Positions 30,063 through 39,693 of a DNA stretch of 64,000 nucleotides are shown here, one piece after another (within the stretch, counting starts at the first letter, position 1; every line of letters begins with the position of its first letter). The notes under the pieces were generated by a model. The model did not search any database. It was given only the letters and a program-made list of their open reading frames with translations, and was not told the origin of the DNA. The DNA lies in contig CAXXYH010000004.1 in assembly GCA_963677925.2 (NCBI GenBank), forward strand, positions 2,336,001 through 2,400,000, given 5' to 3'. Origin of the DNA: Spirochaetia bacterium. Lineage in GTDB: Bacteria > Spirochaetota > Spirochaetia > UBA9216. A program made the position numbers and the translations under genes.

Positions 30063-31787
30063 GTGAGGTCAATCAAGTCCCTTATAATTTACATCATATT
30101 CTTTCTAATTGTTGTGACAATGCCGGTTTTCTCTGCAGATACTGAACTTTCAGAATTATGGAAGTACTCGGCCGGCGGAAAACTCCTCAGCAGTCCGATT
30201 ATAACCGAGTTCGGAACAGTCTATGTATATGCAGAAGACAGGCATCTGCATGCAATTAATGCCGCTGGTGAGTTTCTATGGAAATGCAGGATTACCGGTA
30301 CTCCGGCCGATTCACTGGCGGCAGGACCTGACAATACCATTTACGTCTGCAATAAGGAAGGGATTCTGAATGCTGTTAATCCCGGAGGTCAGGTTATCTG
30401 GAAGGTCAGGACCGGCGGAGAGCCCGCAGGCGACCCCTCAATCGCCACAGACGGAACAATATGTGTTACTTCCAAATCAGGCACGGTAAGTCTGTACAGT
30501 CATACCGGGCGATTACGATGGCGCTTTGAATCCGGTTCGAGTATTCAAGCTGCGGCTATTATTGATACATACCAGGGTATATTCATCTCTTCTGATACCG
30601 AGGGCATTATTGCCTTGAGTCCGTGGGGCAGAGAGCTTTGGAGATGGAAGCCTGATAATTTTCAAAGCGGCACAGTCTTTCATCTCGCGGTCCATGATCA
30701 CAGGCTGTATTTTGCATCGACTGCCGGAATCATAGGAGCTTTTGACAGTTTCGGCACTCTTTTATGGAGTGCAGAGACTGGTTTCTCATATAATTCATTG
30801 ATTCTAACAGATACTGGTATGCTGTGCAGCGGTAACGGCGGAAGGCTTGTCTCAATTAATTATTCAGGAGCTGAGATTTTTAATAAAGTGGTTAATGCAG
30901 ATCTGAATGCTCATCCTGCCGCCGGCCTCAACGGTGTATATTTTCTCAACGGAGAGCATAAACTGGTGCTCGTGAGTTATGAAGGTCGAATTATAGCATC
31001 CGCAGATGCTGAGGGCGAGGTTTTAAGCCAGTTCAGCCTTGGAGCCGGTAGAATTGTTACCGGAACTGACAGATGGATTGTTTACTGTTTCAGAGCTTCA
31101 CTGCCGTTGAGCGGTTACTGGGCGCAGAAGGGGAAGAATGCACTGCATGCCGGCAGTACTGTAAGTGAAAGTTATACAATTAATGAAAATATGTACCGGA
31201 CAGTGATAGATTATGTATATCTGAGCAGTCTTCTTGAGTCTGATTCGGTTGATCAGAAAAAGAAGGCTTTATCTGAGATCTATGAACGGATTCTTGATGA
31301 CCGGGAAGACCGCGGAGAAAACTATCTGCTTCCGCTGCTTTACAAGGCTATGACTGAAGGCCGGACAAGGGTGAATACTGCCGGCGGATATGCTTCATCG
31401 AACAATTATCCCTCGGTGCGTGCTGAGGCTGCAAGGCTGGCAGGCTATGCCGGAAATCTGGAAACCATTGAACTTCTTGTATCGCTGCTGGACGGTGAAA
31501 AAGACGGTGAAGTAAGAGTTCAGATGATAAGAGCACTCGGCCGTCTGAATTCTGATTATAAGGGGCTGGTCCTTCCTGCTCTCTACAGGCAGATCCGGGG
31601 TGATTTTACCGGTATTCCTGATGAAAAAATTGCAACCACTACCGTTGATGCGGTAATATCGATTATAATGTATTCGGGTGTGAAGGCTTCAGGATTCGGT
31701 CTGAAGCTTCTGCTTGAAATCAGCCGCGGGCCCTATTCTTCCGGAACCAGGGCCAGGGCTTCTGATGCTTTAAGGAGGATAATGTGA
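30063..31787 (+). CDS. Exported PQQ-like beta-propeller + HEAT repeat protein
   Basis: Signal peptide; repeated G...LW docking motifs; VRAEAARLAG and VRVQMIRALG HEAT repeats. Confidence 0.8.
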   Translation: MRSIKSLIIYIIFFLIVVTMPVFSADTELSELWKYSAGGKLLSSPIITEFGTVYVYAEDRHLHAINAAGEFLWKCRITGTPADSLAAGPDNTIYVCNKEGILNAVNPGGQVIWKVRTGGEPAGDPSIATDGTICVTSKSGTVSLYSHTGRLRWRFESGSSIQAAAIIDTYQGIFISSDTEGIIALSPWGRELWRWKPDNFQSGTVFHLAVHDHRLYFASTAGIIGAFDSFGTLLWSAETGFSYNSLILTDTGMLCSGNGGRLVSINYSGAEIFNKVVNADLNAHPAAGLNGVYFLNGEHKLVLVSYEGRIIASADAEGEVLSQFSLGAGRIVTGTDRWIVYCFRASLPLSGYWAQKGKNALHAGSTVSESYTINENMYRTVIDYVYLSSLLESDSVDQKKKALSEIYERILDDREDRGENYLLPLLYKAMTEGRTRVNTAGGYASSNNYPSVRAEAARLAGYAGNLETIELLVSLLDGEKDGEVRVQMIRALGRLNSDYKGLVLPALYRQIRGDFTGIPDEKIATTTVDAVISIIMYSGVKASGFGLKLLLEISRGPYSSGTRARASDALRRIM

Positions 31788-33370
31788 AAAAAATCAATCT
31801 GGTGTTTATAATTACTGCTGTATTTATACTTGCTGCAGCCGGGCAGGCTTCGGCGCAGGATAATATTTACCTTGAAGAGCTTCAGAAGGCCGGTGAGGGT
31901 GCTGATATTGTTTTTGATAATTATATTGGACCCCATAAAATAATTGATTCTATCGCCGAAATAAGGGGAATAGGCAGCTATCTTGCTTCAGGTATTAATG
32001 AAGGTGAAACAGAGTTCAGCTACCATGGAAAGTACCGGATAATACATGCCGTAGATCCTGACACAGCTGAAGGTTTTGATGCGGATATTTTTATAATTGA
32101 ACCTGAGGCCGCTGTTGATCATATCGATAACCTAAGAAGGATGATTTCCGGATATCTTGAAGCTTTTTATGGTTATTCAGGTAAAAACGCTGATACTCTT
32201 GCCTTTTTTATTACTGTGTATAATGCCGTCCACAGGCAGGATAACGAATATTTTTCTGCAAATTATAAATCAGTTGTAACCGATAAACTTTCTGATGATA
32301 AGACCGGCTTATCCCTGTCTTATCGTGACTGGCCTGGTAAATCGATGCTTGTGATTCCTCTTACGCCGGCAGCTGGCACTGGAGTTCTTGGAGATCTTGC
32401 TTCCGATGTTTTGACCGAAGATGCTGTAATAGGTGTCATGAAGTCGGAAGACGGTATGGGGCTTGATGAAAGAAAGGATATGGTGGATCTCAAAGAGCAG
32501 GAGATAGCCGAGGAACGGGCGAAGATTGAAGAGGAAAAGCAGGCAATTGAAGCACAGAAACAGGAAATTTCAGAAAAGCAGGCAGAACTGCAGCAGGAGG
32601 CTGATGCGCTGAAGGACGACAGCTCGGCTGAAGCAGTCGAGCGAAAAGATGATATAGCTCGGGAGCAGCAGTCACTTGATGAGGAGGCTGAGAAGCTTGC
32701 CGAGGATGAGCAGGCTGTTCAGGATAAGGAAGATACTGTAGCTGCCCGTGAGGAGACAGTGATAGCTGAAAGAGAAGAAATTGCGGCTGATCAGAATCAG
32801 CAGATAGCCAAAGAGAACGAAGATAAACAGGCTGAGGCTGCTGCTGCAGAAAAGAAAGACAGCGGAGCTGCAGCTGGAGCTGCTGTTGAAAACGGAATTG
32901 TATTTCTTAAACTTTCCGGCTCAGGTGCTGATGTTACTGGTCAGCCTGTCAGGATAAGTACAGCAACCGGACTGGTTCTGAAGGAATCCGAACTTAAAAC
33001 AATCAGAGGACGGCATATGTTTGCCGAAAAAGATTCTATTTATGCTATTGCGGGTGAAAGCGGAGCAAATCGTGTTGTATCAATAGTCAGGATAGATCCT
33101 GAAACACTTGAGCTTCTGGAAAGCGGACAGGCCGAGGTACATCCTGACAGCTATCTTCTAAAATCATCCGACGGCTTTTATGCTGTAGTGAATTACAACA
33201 GCGGATGGCGAATAGGCAGATTTGACTTCAGCCTTAAGCTTAATTCAGTTTCCGAGGAAACAGTTTTTACTTCAACATATATTCTTGAGACAGGTGAATC
33301 AATACTTGCCCAGGATAACAGGGGAAAGGTTCTTGTCATAGCAAAAAAGGAGCTGTCTGAAGCTGAGTGA
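31784..33370 (+). CDS. P83/100 family protein
   Basis: Signal peptide; NYIGPH, VDHIDNLRRMISGYL, TVYNAVHR and WPGKS motifs; acidic coiled-coil middle. Confidence 0.88.
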   Translation: MKKINLVFIITAVFILAAAGQASAQDNIYLEELQKAGEGADIVFDNYIGPHKIIDSIAEIRGIGSYLASGINEGETEFSYHGKYRIIHAVDPDTAEGFDADIFIIEPEAAVDHIDNLRRMISGYLEAFYGYSGKNADTLAFFITVYNAVHRQDNEYFSANYKSVVTDKLSDDKTGLSLSYRDWPGKSMLVIPLTPAAGTGVLGDLASDVLTEDAVIGVMKSEDGMGLDERKDMVDLKEQEIAEERAKIEEEKQAIEAQKQEISEKQAELQQEADALKDDSSAEAVERKDDIAREQQSLDEEAEKLAEDEQAVQDKEDTVAAREETVIAEREEIAADQNQQIAKENEDKQAEAAAAEKKDSGAAAGAAVENGIVFLKLSGSGADVTGQPVRISTATGLVLKESELKTIRGRHMFAEKDSIYAIAGESGANRVVSIVRIDPETLELLESGQAEVHPDSYLLKSSDGFYAVVNYNSGWRIGRFDFSLKLNSVSEETVFTSTYILETGESILAQDNRGKVLVIAKKELSEAE

Positions 33371-33411
33371 ATGCAGGTTAAGTACTTTTGCTTGCGACTT
33401 TGAGGAAGGTA

Positions 33412-33816
33412 TTATTTTTTAAGCTGTGTAAGGCGCTTTTTAATCTTAAGGATTAAAGCGCCCAGCCAGTTGATAAGCTTTCTGAAAAACCCGGGGTTAT
33501 TAAGCCTGTCAAGCATTTCAAAGGCATCCCCGGCTTCATCTGTTGTAAAGGCTTTCCGGAAAATATTTTCATCTATCTCAAGTTCAAGGCTTTCAATTTT
33601 ATCAGGCTGTTCAATTATGCGTACAGGAACAGTTTCCCAGCCGAGAAATTTAACAGCCTGCAGACGCCTTTCGCCGGCAATCAGTACTTTTTTATCTGTA
33701 ACCAGAATAGGATTCATGAGGCCGTGCTTTTCAATGGAGCGGGCAAGTGATTCAATATCGCCTAGATCTCTGCGTATTCTTTTTTTTACAACAATCTCAT
33801 CAATCTTCAGCTGCAT
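33412..33816 (-). CDS. Orphan ParB N-terminal (ParB/Srx) domain protein
   Basis: LARSIEKHGLMNPILV...LIAGERRLQA...EIDENIFR; no HTH. TATACT-N6-ATG suggests a leaderless start. Confidence 0.85.
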   Translation of the reverse strand: MQLKIDEIVVKKRIRRDLGDIESLARSIEKHGLMNPILVTDKKVLIAGERRLQAVKFLGWETVPVRIIEQPDKIESLELEIDENIFRKAFTTDEAGDAFEMLDRLNNPGFFRKLINWLGALILKIKKRLTQLKK

Positions 33817-33885
33817 ATTTACAGTATATCTACAGCCTTAAAAAAAACAAGTATTTTTTAGCATAGGAAACATCCGGCACCGCTT

Positions 33886-36399
33886 CTAATCAAGAAGCGG
33901 ATTGTAATCCGGATTACTGTCTGTTGTGCCGCTGTCTGTACCTGTTCCTGAACTAGAGTCCAGTAGAAAATCAGGCAGATCCAGCTCAATATTGTCGATA
34001 TTGTAAAGCGGTACATCCTCTATAAGCAGGTTGTTCTGAAGCCTCTGAAGCAGTTCTTCATCACGCTGTTTTTCAAATTTGTGAATATCACATGTTTTTT
34101 TAGGTTCTGTTCCAACCAGGAAGATCTCATCTATCGTACCGTCATCGCAGTCGTTTGTAGGGAGAAGTCCTGAAACGCTGCAGACTTTTACACGTATGAG
34201 TCCTGATTCCGGTTCAGGGAATTCCTTAATCGGAAGATCTTCATGAATCGATTTCATGTATCGGACCCACCAGTGGCCGGTTGCAGTTGAGCCGGTAAGA
34301 TATCTGCCGAGTGAAATTCCCGGAGTATCAAAGCCGAACCACATTGCAGTTGTATAGTAGGGTGAAAATCCGAGTGTCCAGGCATCCTGCCAGTTCTGTG
34401 TGGTTCCTGTTTTTCCTGCCATCGGCATTCCGTCGAAACCGTCGATTTCTCTGGTTCGGTTGTGCAGTGTTCCCCCGTACATTTGAACGGTGCTCTGCAG
34501 CATATCAGTCATTATGTAGGCTTCCTGCGGAGTCATTATCTGATCCTCGCCCTTATTCTTCTGTTTCTCTCTCAGGCGTTCTTTTTCCGGCTCCAGGATT
34601 ATATTGCCCTGACGATCTTCAACACTGATGATAGCAAGGGGAACCACTTCTTTTCCCTGATTAGGGAAGGTGGCAAAGGCTCTTGCCATATTGATTGGAG
34701 CAAGAGCTGTAACACCAAGCCCAAGAGGGAAGCCCCTGGGAAAGAGTGTTTCATCATTCCGTTTGTCATAAAGTCCGGTCATTCTTGATATTCTTTCAAT
34801 TGCAGCATCGAAGCCGATTTTTTCAAGAACCTGGAGCGATGGTACATTCATTGAAGTAGCAAGTGCATATCTGGCTCTTACTGAACCCTCCCAGTCACCA
34901 AGATAGTTCAAAGGTTCATATGGATTGCCGGCCTCGTCAAAGAATACTATCGGGCCGTCATAGAGCCTGGTTGCAGGTGTGATTTTCCTTGCTGATATAG
35001 CGGCAGAATAATAAAGCGGTTTTATTGAGGACCCAGGCCCTACAGTGGCATCAACCGCCCTGTTGTACTGCTTTGTTTCAAAGTCCGAACCGCCTATCAT
35101 TGAGAGAATTCGTCCGGTGTTGTTTTCAAGTGTTATAAGAGCGCCTTCAACTGTTGTTTTCTGGCTTCTTTGTTTTTCCTTCTTGAATCCTGCCATCGTG
35201 GCTTTGTTCAGGTCGCTGAGGCCGAACATCGACGAAATCATGTAAAGTGAAGAGTTTAGGGAGTCGTAGTAATAATCTGTAGCAGCAGATTTCTGTTTTG
35301 CTCCGGTTACCCTGATATCGTCAATATTAAAGGTTAATGAAAGGAGATCGACTATTCCTACAAACTGGTTATTGACTATATCGTAGCGCTGATCGGAATA
35401 ATACCGGTATCTGTCATTGATGTCGATGTAGGCGTCATCCATTATTGACTGAGCTTTCTGCTGAATGCCCAGATCAAGAGTTGTATGTACAACATAACCG
35501 TCTTTATTTACGTCGACTGCGCCGTAGAGCATATCGTTAAGCTGAAGACGCACATACTCACTGAAATAGGGAGCAAGGCTGTCATTATCAAAGTAGGCGC
35601 TTGCGATGTTTGAACGGCTGTAGTCAAAATTGTCCCAGTATTCCGCGAAAGAATTATCCGCCTGTTCCCTTGTGCAGTAGCCGAGTTCAACCATGTGATT
35701 AAGAACGTCGATCTGTCTGTCGCGCGCCGTATCAGGATGATTGATTGGGGAATAAAGGGCCGGACTTGCGAGCTGTATTACCAGGATTGCGGATTCCGCA
35801 AGAGTAATATCACGCGCGGAATGCCCGAAATAGAACTGGGAAGCTGATTCAACACCATAGGTATTGTGTCCGAAATATACTTCATTCATATATATTTCAA
35901 GAATTTCATTTTTGGTTAGAGCCTTTTCTATCTGAAAGGCATACCAGACCTCTTTTATCTTTCGTTTTATCGAGATCTCTGATCTGTCGGCATAGTGGGC
36001 ACCTGCTACCTGCATGGTGAGGGTACTGAATCCGGAAAAATAATTACCGGCCACTATATTGTAGACAGCTCTGAAGAAGTGCTTAAAGCTTAATCCGTTG
36101 TGTTCATAGAAGTTTGCATCTTCACGGCTTAAAAGGGCGTATATAAGGTGTTTGGGCAGTTCCTCAACCGGTACTATTTCACGTTTCTCATCAGAGAAAA
36201 GTTCTGTTATCAAATCTCCATTCCGGTCAAGTATCTGTGTCGGCAGAGCCGGTTCATAGTTCTGCAGATCAGCCCGGATGTCTGTATTTTTAATTGTGCT
36301 GAGGGTTTTCCCGAGTACAACGCCTAACAGGACCGCAAGTATCACACAAACAGCAAGAACTACTTCTATAGTTCTGCGTTTTTTCTTATTGGAAACCAT
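33886..36399 (-). CDS. Class A penicillin-binding protein (PBP1A family)
   Basis: EDANFYEH, STLTMQ and RKIKE (transglycosylase); SSIK, SMN and KTG (transpeptidase). Confidence 0.95.
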   Translation of the reverse strand: MVSNKKKRRTIEVVLAVCVILAVLLGVVLGKTLSTIKNTDIRADLQNYEPALPTQILDRNGDLITELFSDEKREIVPVEELPKHLIYALLSREDANFYEHNGLSFKHFFRAVYNIVAGNYFSGFSTLTMQVAGAHYADRSEISIKRKIKEVWYAFQIEKALTKNEILEIYMNEVYFGHNTYGVESASQFYFGHSARDITLAESAILVIQLASPALYSPINHPDTARDRQIDVLNHMVELGYCTREQADNSFAEYWDNFDYSRSNIASAYFDNDSLAPYFSEYVRLQLNDMLYGAVDVNKDGYVVHTTLDLGIQQKAQSIMDDAYIDINDRYRYYSDQRYDIVNNQFVGIVDLLSLTFNIDDIRVTGAKQKSAATDYYYDSLNSSLYMISSMFGLSDLNKATMAGFKKEKQRSQKTTVEGALITLENNTGRILSMIGGSDFETKQYNRAVDATVGPGSSIKPLYYSAAISARKITPATRLYDGPIVFFDEAGNPYEPLNYLGDWEGSVRARYALATSMNVPSLQVLEKIGFDAAIERISRMTGLYDKRNDETLFPRGFPLGLGVTALAPINMARAFATFPNQGKEVVPLAIISVEDRQGNIILEPEKERLREKQKNKGEDQIMTPQEAYIMTDMLQSTVQMYGGTLHNRTREIDGFDGMPMAGKTGTTQNWQDAWTLGFSPYYTTAMWFGFDTPGISLGRYLTGSTATGHWWVRYMKSIHEDLPIKEFPEPESGLIRVKVCSVSGLLPTNDCDDGTIDEIFLVGTEPKKTCDIHKFEKQRDEELLQRLQNNLLIEDVPLYNIDNIELDLPDFLLDSSSGTGTDSGTTDSNPDYNPLLD

Positions 36400-36405
36400 G
36401 AGATT

Positions 36406-36434
36406 ACAGTAGGGGCATGGAGGACTTTTGTCAA
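36406..36434 (-). promoter_or_regulatory. sigma70 promoter, leaderless-type, for PBP1A
   Basis: TTGACA-N17-TACTGT-N6-ATG(36399). Confidence 0.7.
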
Positions 36435-36447
36435 TACTGGATGGTGT

Positions 36448-36540
36448 AAAAAAAGGGGCCGGACTGCTGGGCAGGCCGGCCGAAAATGTGTCGGTAAATA
36501 TAGTAAACTGGGAGGGGAACTATATTAAGCCCCGACACAA
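36448..36540 (-). ncRNA. Candidate sigma28-dependent sRNA with a C-rich anti-SD loop and intrinsic terminator
   Basis: Promoter, long hairpin with a UCCCCUCCCAG loop, and a GC hairpin with U7 (see findings). Confidence 0.6.
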
Positions 36541-36543
36541 TTA

Positions 36544-36570
36544 TTATCGACTTCTGTTTAAAAAGATTTA
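36544..36570 (-). promoter_or_regulatory. sigma28-type promoter
   Basis: TAAATCTT-N11-GTCGATAA. Confidence 0.65.
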
Positions 36571-37554
36571 GTTCTCTTCTACAAAAATATCAAGAAACAG
36601 TGAAATTTTACAGTCTTTTCCGGGTGTTACAGTGATTTTTTTGCTTATTTTGTAATCACCGTATTTAATGAGCACAACATGCTCTCCGGGCGGCAGTTCA
36701 AGCGTCTTTCCGGCAGGATATTCAATTTTCTCTCCATCGATGAAAACATCGGAATTTTCCGGAACATCGAGCATTGCCCTGCTTTTCAGCATCTCAGGCT
36801 CAAGATTAAGCTGAAGTGTTTCTCCCTTGCGTATCGTGACAGTCTTGCGGAGAGGCGCAGCTCCTTCCATATCGAGACTGACGGTATGTGTACCGGTTTT
36901 CAGGGTAACTGTTTTATCTGAAGCAGCAAGGCGGCTGTTATCCACTCTTAGTGTATATTCAGCATTTGACAGGCTGTCAGGTGTGTTTATGGAGATATTA
37001 AGGTTTCCTGAATCGCTGAGAACAGGGCTTACACTGATTTCAAAACTGCTTGAATACAAGCTTGAAGGAAAACCTTTCATCAGCGGCAGTATCGTAAACA
37101 TCACAGGAAGATCAGCCCTGGTGAGAGGACTGGAGAGGACTGTTGTATACGGGGATGTTTCAGTTTCAAGTTTATTAAGGTAGGGAACCTGTATAAATAT
37201 TTTTGCGGAATTGGAAAGAAAAAGCGTTTCGTACTTGCTTCCGTAGAATGTTCCGATACCGGTACTTACTTCCGGTGAAATCCGTTTGTAGATGCTCAGG
37301 GCAAAGCTGTTGCTGTAATCTCTGAGATCTGAAGGCAGTTTCAGTTCGACTTCAAAGCCTTCGACAAAGCCGGATGCAGGATCTACGGTTACCGCGAAAA
37401 CATCTTCAATATTCATTAAAAAAGAAACAGCTTCACCGGATGAAGAATCAGAAAGAGAAATGCTTTCTACGACCTTTCCCCTGATATTTTCGCCGTAGGC
37501 CGCCGCAGCTGAGTAGATTATTATCAGAATTAGTGCCGAAAGTTTTCTTTTCAT
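36568..37554 (-). CDS. Exported protein with C-terminal PEGA-like domains
   Basis: Signal peptide; PENSDVFIDG and LPPGEHVV PEGA-type motifs. Confidence 0.75.
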   Translation of the reverse strand: MKRKLSALILIIIYSAAAAYGENIRGKVVESISLSDSSSGEAVSFLMNIEDVFAVTVDPASGFVEGFEVELKLPSDLRDYSNSFALSIYKRISPEVSTGIGTFYGSKYETLFLSNSAKIFIQVPYLNKLETETSPYTTVLSSPLTRADLPVMFTILPLMKGFPSSLYSSSFEISVSPVLSDSGNLNISINTPDSLSNAEYTLRVDNSRLAASDKTVTLKTGTHTVSLDMEGAAPLRKTVTIRKGETLQLNLEPEMLKSRAMLDVPENSDVFIDGEKIEYPAGKTLELPPGEHVVLIKYGDYKISKKITVTPGKDCKISLFLDIFVEEN

Positions 37555-38504
37555 TACTTCAGACCGGGTGTCAGAACAGATGGATCCCTTGAAGCTCCGC
37601 TCCGCCGAATCTCAAAATGCAGATGAGGTCCTGTGGAACGGCCGGTAGTTCCGACTTCCGCTATCATCATAGTTGAATTTACTTTATAGTGCAACTCAAC
37701 AAAAATTTTATTTAGGTGGCCGTAAAAGGTGCTGTATCCGCCGCTATGTTCTATGAGAATATAATTTCCGAATGTTTCATTATAGCCTGTGTCTGTAACT
37801 TCTCCCTCCCGTGCCGCGTATACGGGAGTTCCTTCCGGAGCGGCGATGTCTATTCCGTCATGAAAGGTAGGATGCCCTGAGAAGGGATTTTTCCGCATTC
37901 CGTATCCGGAGCTTACAATTCCGTCAGGCAGGGGGTTGGAGAATAGAATTCCAAGAAAATAGGCACGTTCAATGCTGTGAAATGATTCACCGTGTATAAA
38001 ATAGAAATCTTTCAGTTCAGATTCAGAACCGGAATCAGATGCAGGCATATAAATACGGATCTCGTTTTCATCGGTAAATGAGGCCATTCTCCATGAATGA
38101 AAAATGAAATCCAGATCCTTTGATGGTTTCTCCGGGATGAACAGTCCCGGCTGGCCGGGAATCAGCAGTTTTCTGCCGGCGAGGTATTCTGTTGAACTGT
38201 ATATTCCGTTTATGGTTGCAATGCTCTCATAGCTCAGGCCGGCGGCAGCTGCTATTGAAAAGACTGTATCACCTGCTTCCGCTGTATATTCATAAAGCAT
38301 TAACGGAGGCAGGTCTTTTCGGGAGGCGGCTGCACGGTGGTAAAAGGAGATATCCTCCTGCAGCTGTCTGAAGTAGATATCATTGAAAACCAGTTTCCGG
38401 ATAACCGGATAGCGGTCTGCTGCGGCGGTTGCCGGGAAGATAATTGCTGTTAACAGAAGGATTGAGATTACCATGTGCTTCGGAAAATTCCGGAAGAAAA
38501 GCAT
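37554..38504 (-). CDS. LysM + M23 metallopeptidase
   Basis: AGDTVFSIA (LysM); HDGID, YGHL and TGPHLHFE (M23). TTGTAA-N17-CATAAT-N5-ATG suggests a leaderless start. Confidence 0.92.
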   Translation of the reverse strand: MLFFRNFPKHMVISILLLTAIIFPATAAADRYPVIRKLVFNDIYFRQLQEDISFYHRAAASRKDLPPLMLYEYTAEAGDTVFSIAAAAGLSYESIATINGIYSSTEYLAGRKLLIPGQPGLFIPEKPSKDLDFIFHSWRMASFTDENEIRIYMPASDSGSESELKDFYFIHGESFHSIERAYFLGILFSNPLPDGIVSSGYGMRKNPFSGHPTFHDGIDIAAPEGTPVYAAREGEVTDTGYNETFGNYILIEHSGGYSTFYGHLNKIFVELHYKVNSTMMIAEVGTTGRSTGPHLHFEIRRSGASRDPSVLTPGLK

Positions 38505-38677
38505 ATGAAATTATGCAGTAAATATTGCAGATTTACAAGCTTGCGTCATTTTTTAATATTATTTCATTTGCTTGGTGCCGATATTAGAAAAAGCGGTTAT
38601 AATAGAAAGGCGATGTCGTTGACAGCATTCGCTCATAGAATTACAATCCGCATAGTGAGAAAGTAACGGGAGATGTG

Positions 38678-39688
38678 ATGCCGAAGCCGGTCCGATACAA
38701 AGCGAATTCAATTGTATATTTCAAAGGTGACTCAAATGACTCAGTCTATATCCTGAAGTCGGGATCCGTCATCCTGAAATATATTGATATTGAAACAGGG
38801 CAGGAACTTCAGGATATCATAAGTACCGGTGAGTTTTTCGGTGTAAAATCGGCTCTTGGCAAGTACCCGAGGGAGGAAACTGCTTTTGTTGCCCGCGACT
38901 CTGAAATGCTTGCTTTTACTGTTCCTGAGTTTGAACAGATTGTAATGCAGAATACCAGAATCATTATGAAGATGCTCAAGGTTTTTTCCAACCAGCTCCG
39001 CAGGATTCACAAGCAGCTTAGTAATCTGATTTCTACCGGAGAGGCTGAGGATCCTGAAACGGGTCTTTTCAAAATAGGCACATATTACCAGCAGTGCGGA
39101 AAAAATGTTCAGGCTCTTTATGCCTTTCGAAGATATCTTACTTACTATCCCTCCGGTAAATATGCGAATTCTGCAAGTGAGAACCTTCAGAGGGTTGAAA
39201 TACTTATTCAGACTGCGCCAAAAGCAGGTGCAGGATCTTCCGCACCTGCAGGTATTCAGGTATCACCAGGCGCGCCTCAGGAAAAGGGCACCACCGGCGG
39301 TACTATGTCTGAAACTGCAAAGGATTATTACCAGGGCGTGAATCTTTTCAGCAGGGAAAAGTACAATGATGCCCTGAATATCTTCAAGAAAGTTATAACC
39401 TCCGGTACAGAAAGTGAATATCAGGCAAAATCCCAGTTTGAGGTTGGGCGCTGTCTTTTTGCGATGAATAATTTTGACACCTGTATCAAGCATTTTTCCG
39501 CGATGATTCAGAAATATCCGAAACATCCCGATATGCTTGAAGCTCTTTTCTGTGTAGGAAACTGCTATGAAAAAAAGGAAGATTCAGATAAGGCTGCAGG
39601 TTTTTATAAAAAGATTTTAGCAATGGCCACTGACGGCACTCCTATTCACAGGAAGGCCACCAAGGCTCTTAACGGTTTGGAAGGATAA
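38678..39688 (+). CDS. cNMP-binding domain + TPR protein
   Basis: N-terminal Crp-like fold (VYILKSGSV, GEFFGV...PREETA); C-terminal CpoB-like TPRs. Confidence 0.85.
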   Translation: MPKPVRYKANSIVYFKGDSNDSVYILKSGSVILKYIDIETGQELQDIISTGEFFGVKSALGKYPREETAFVARDSEMLAFTVPEFEQIVMQNTRIIMKMLKVFSNQLRRIHKQLSNLISTGEAEDPETGLFKIGTYYQQCGKNVQALYAFRRYLTYYPSGKYANSASENLQRVEILIQTAPKAGAGSSAPAGIQVSPGAPQEKGTTGGTMSETAKDYYQGVNLFSREKYNDALNIFKKVITSGTESEYQAKSQFEVGRCLFAMNNFDTCIKHFSAMIQKYPKHPDMLEALFCVGNCYEKKEDSDKAAGFYKKILAMATDGTPIHRKATKALNGLEG

Positions 39689-39693
39689 GTTTA

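Noticed and set aside
32480-32890. Low-complexity E/A/K/Q-rich stretch in p83/100
   Set aside because: The usual coiled-coil region of this family, not a discrete repeat array.
38555-38585. GCCGATAT sigma28 -10-like box upstream of the Crp-TPR gene
   Set aside because: No TAAA at the proper spacing, and a nearby TATAAT offers a sigma70 alternative; too weak to call.
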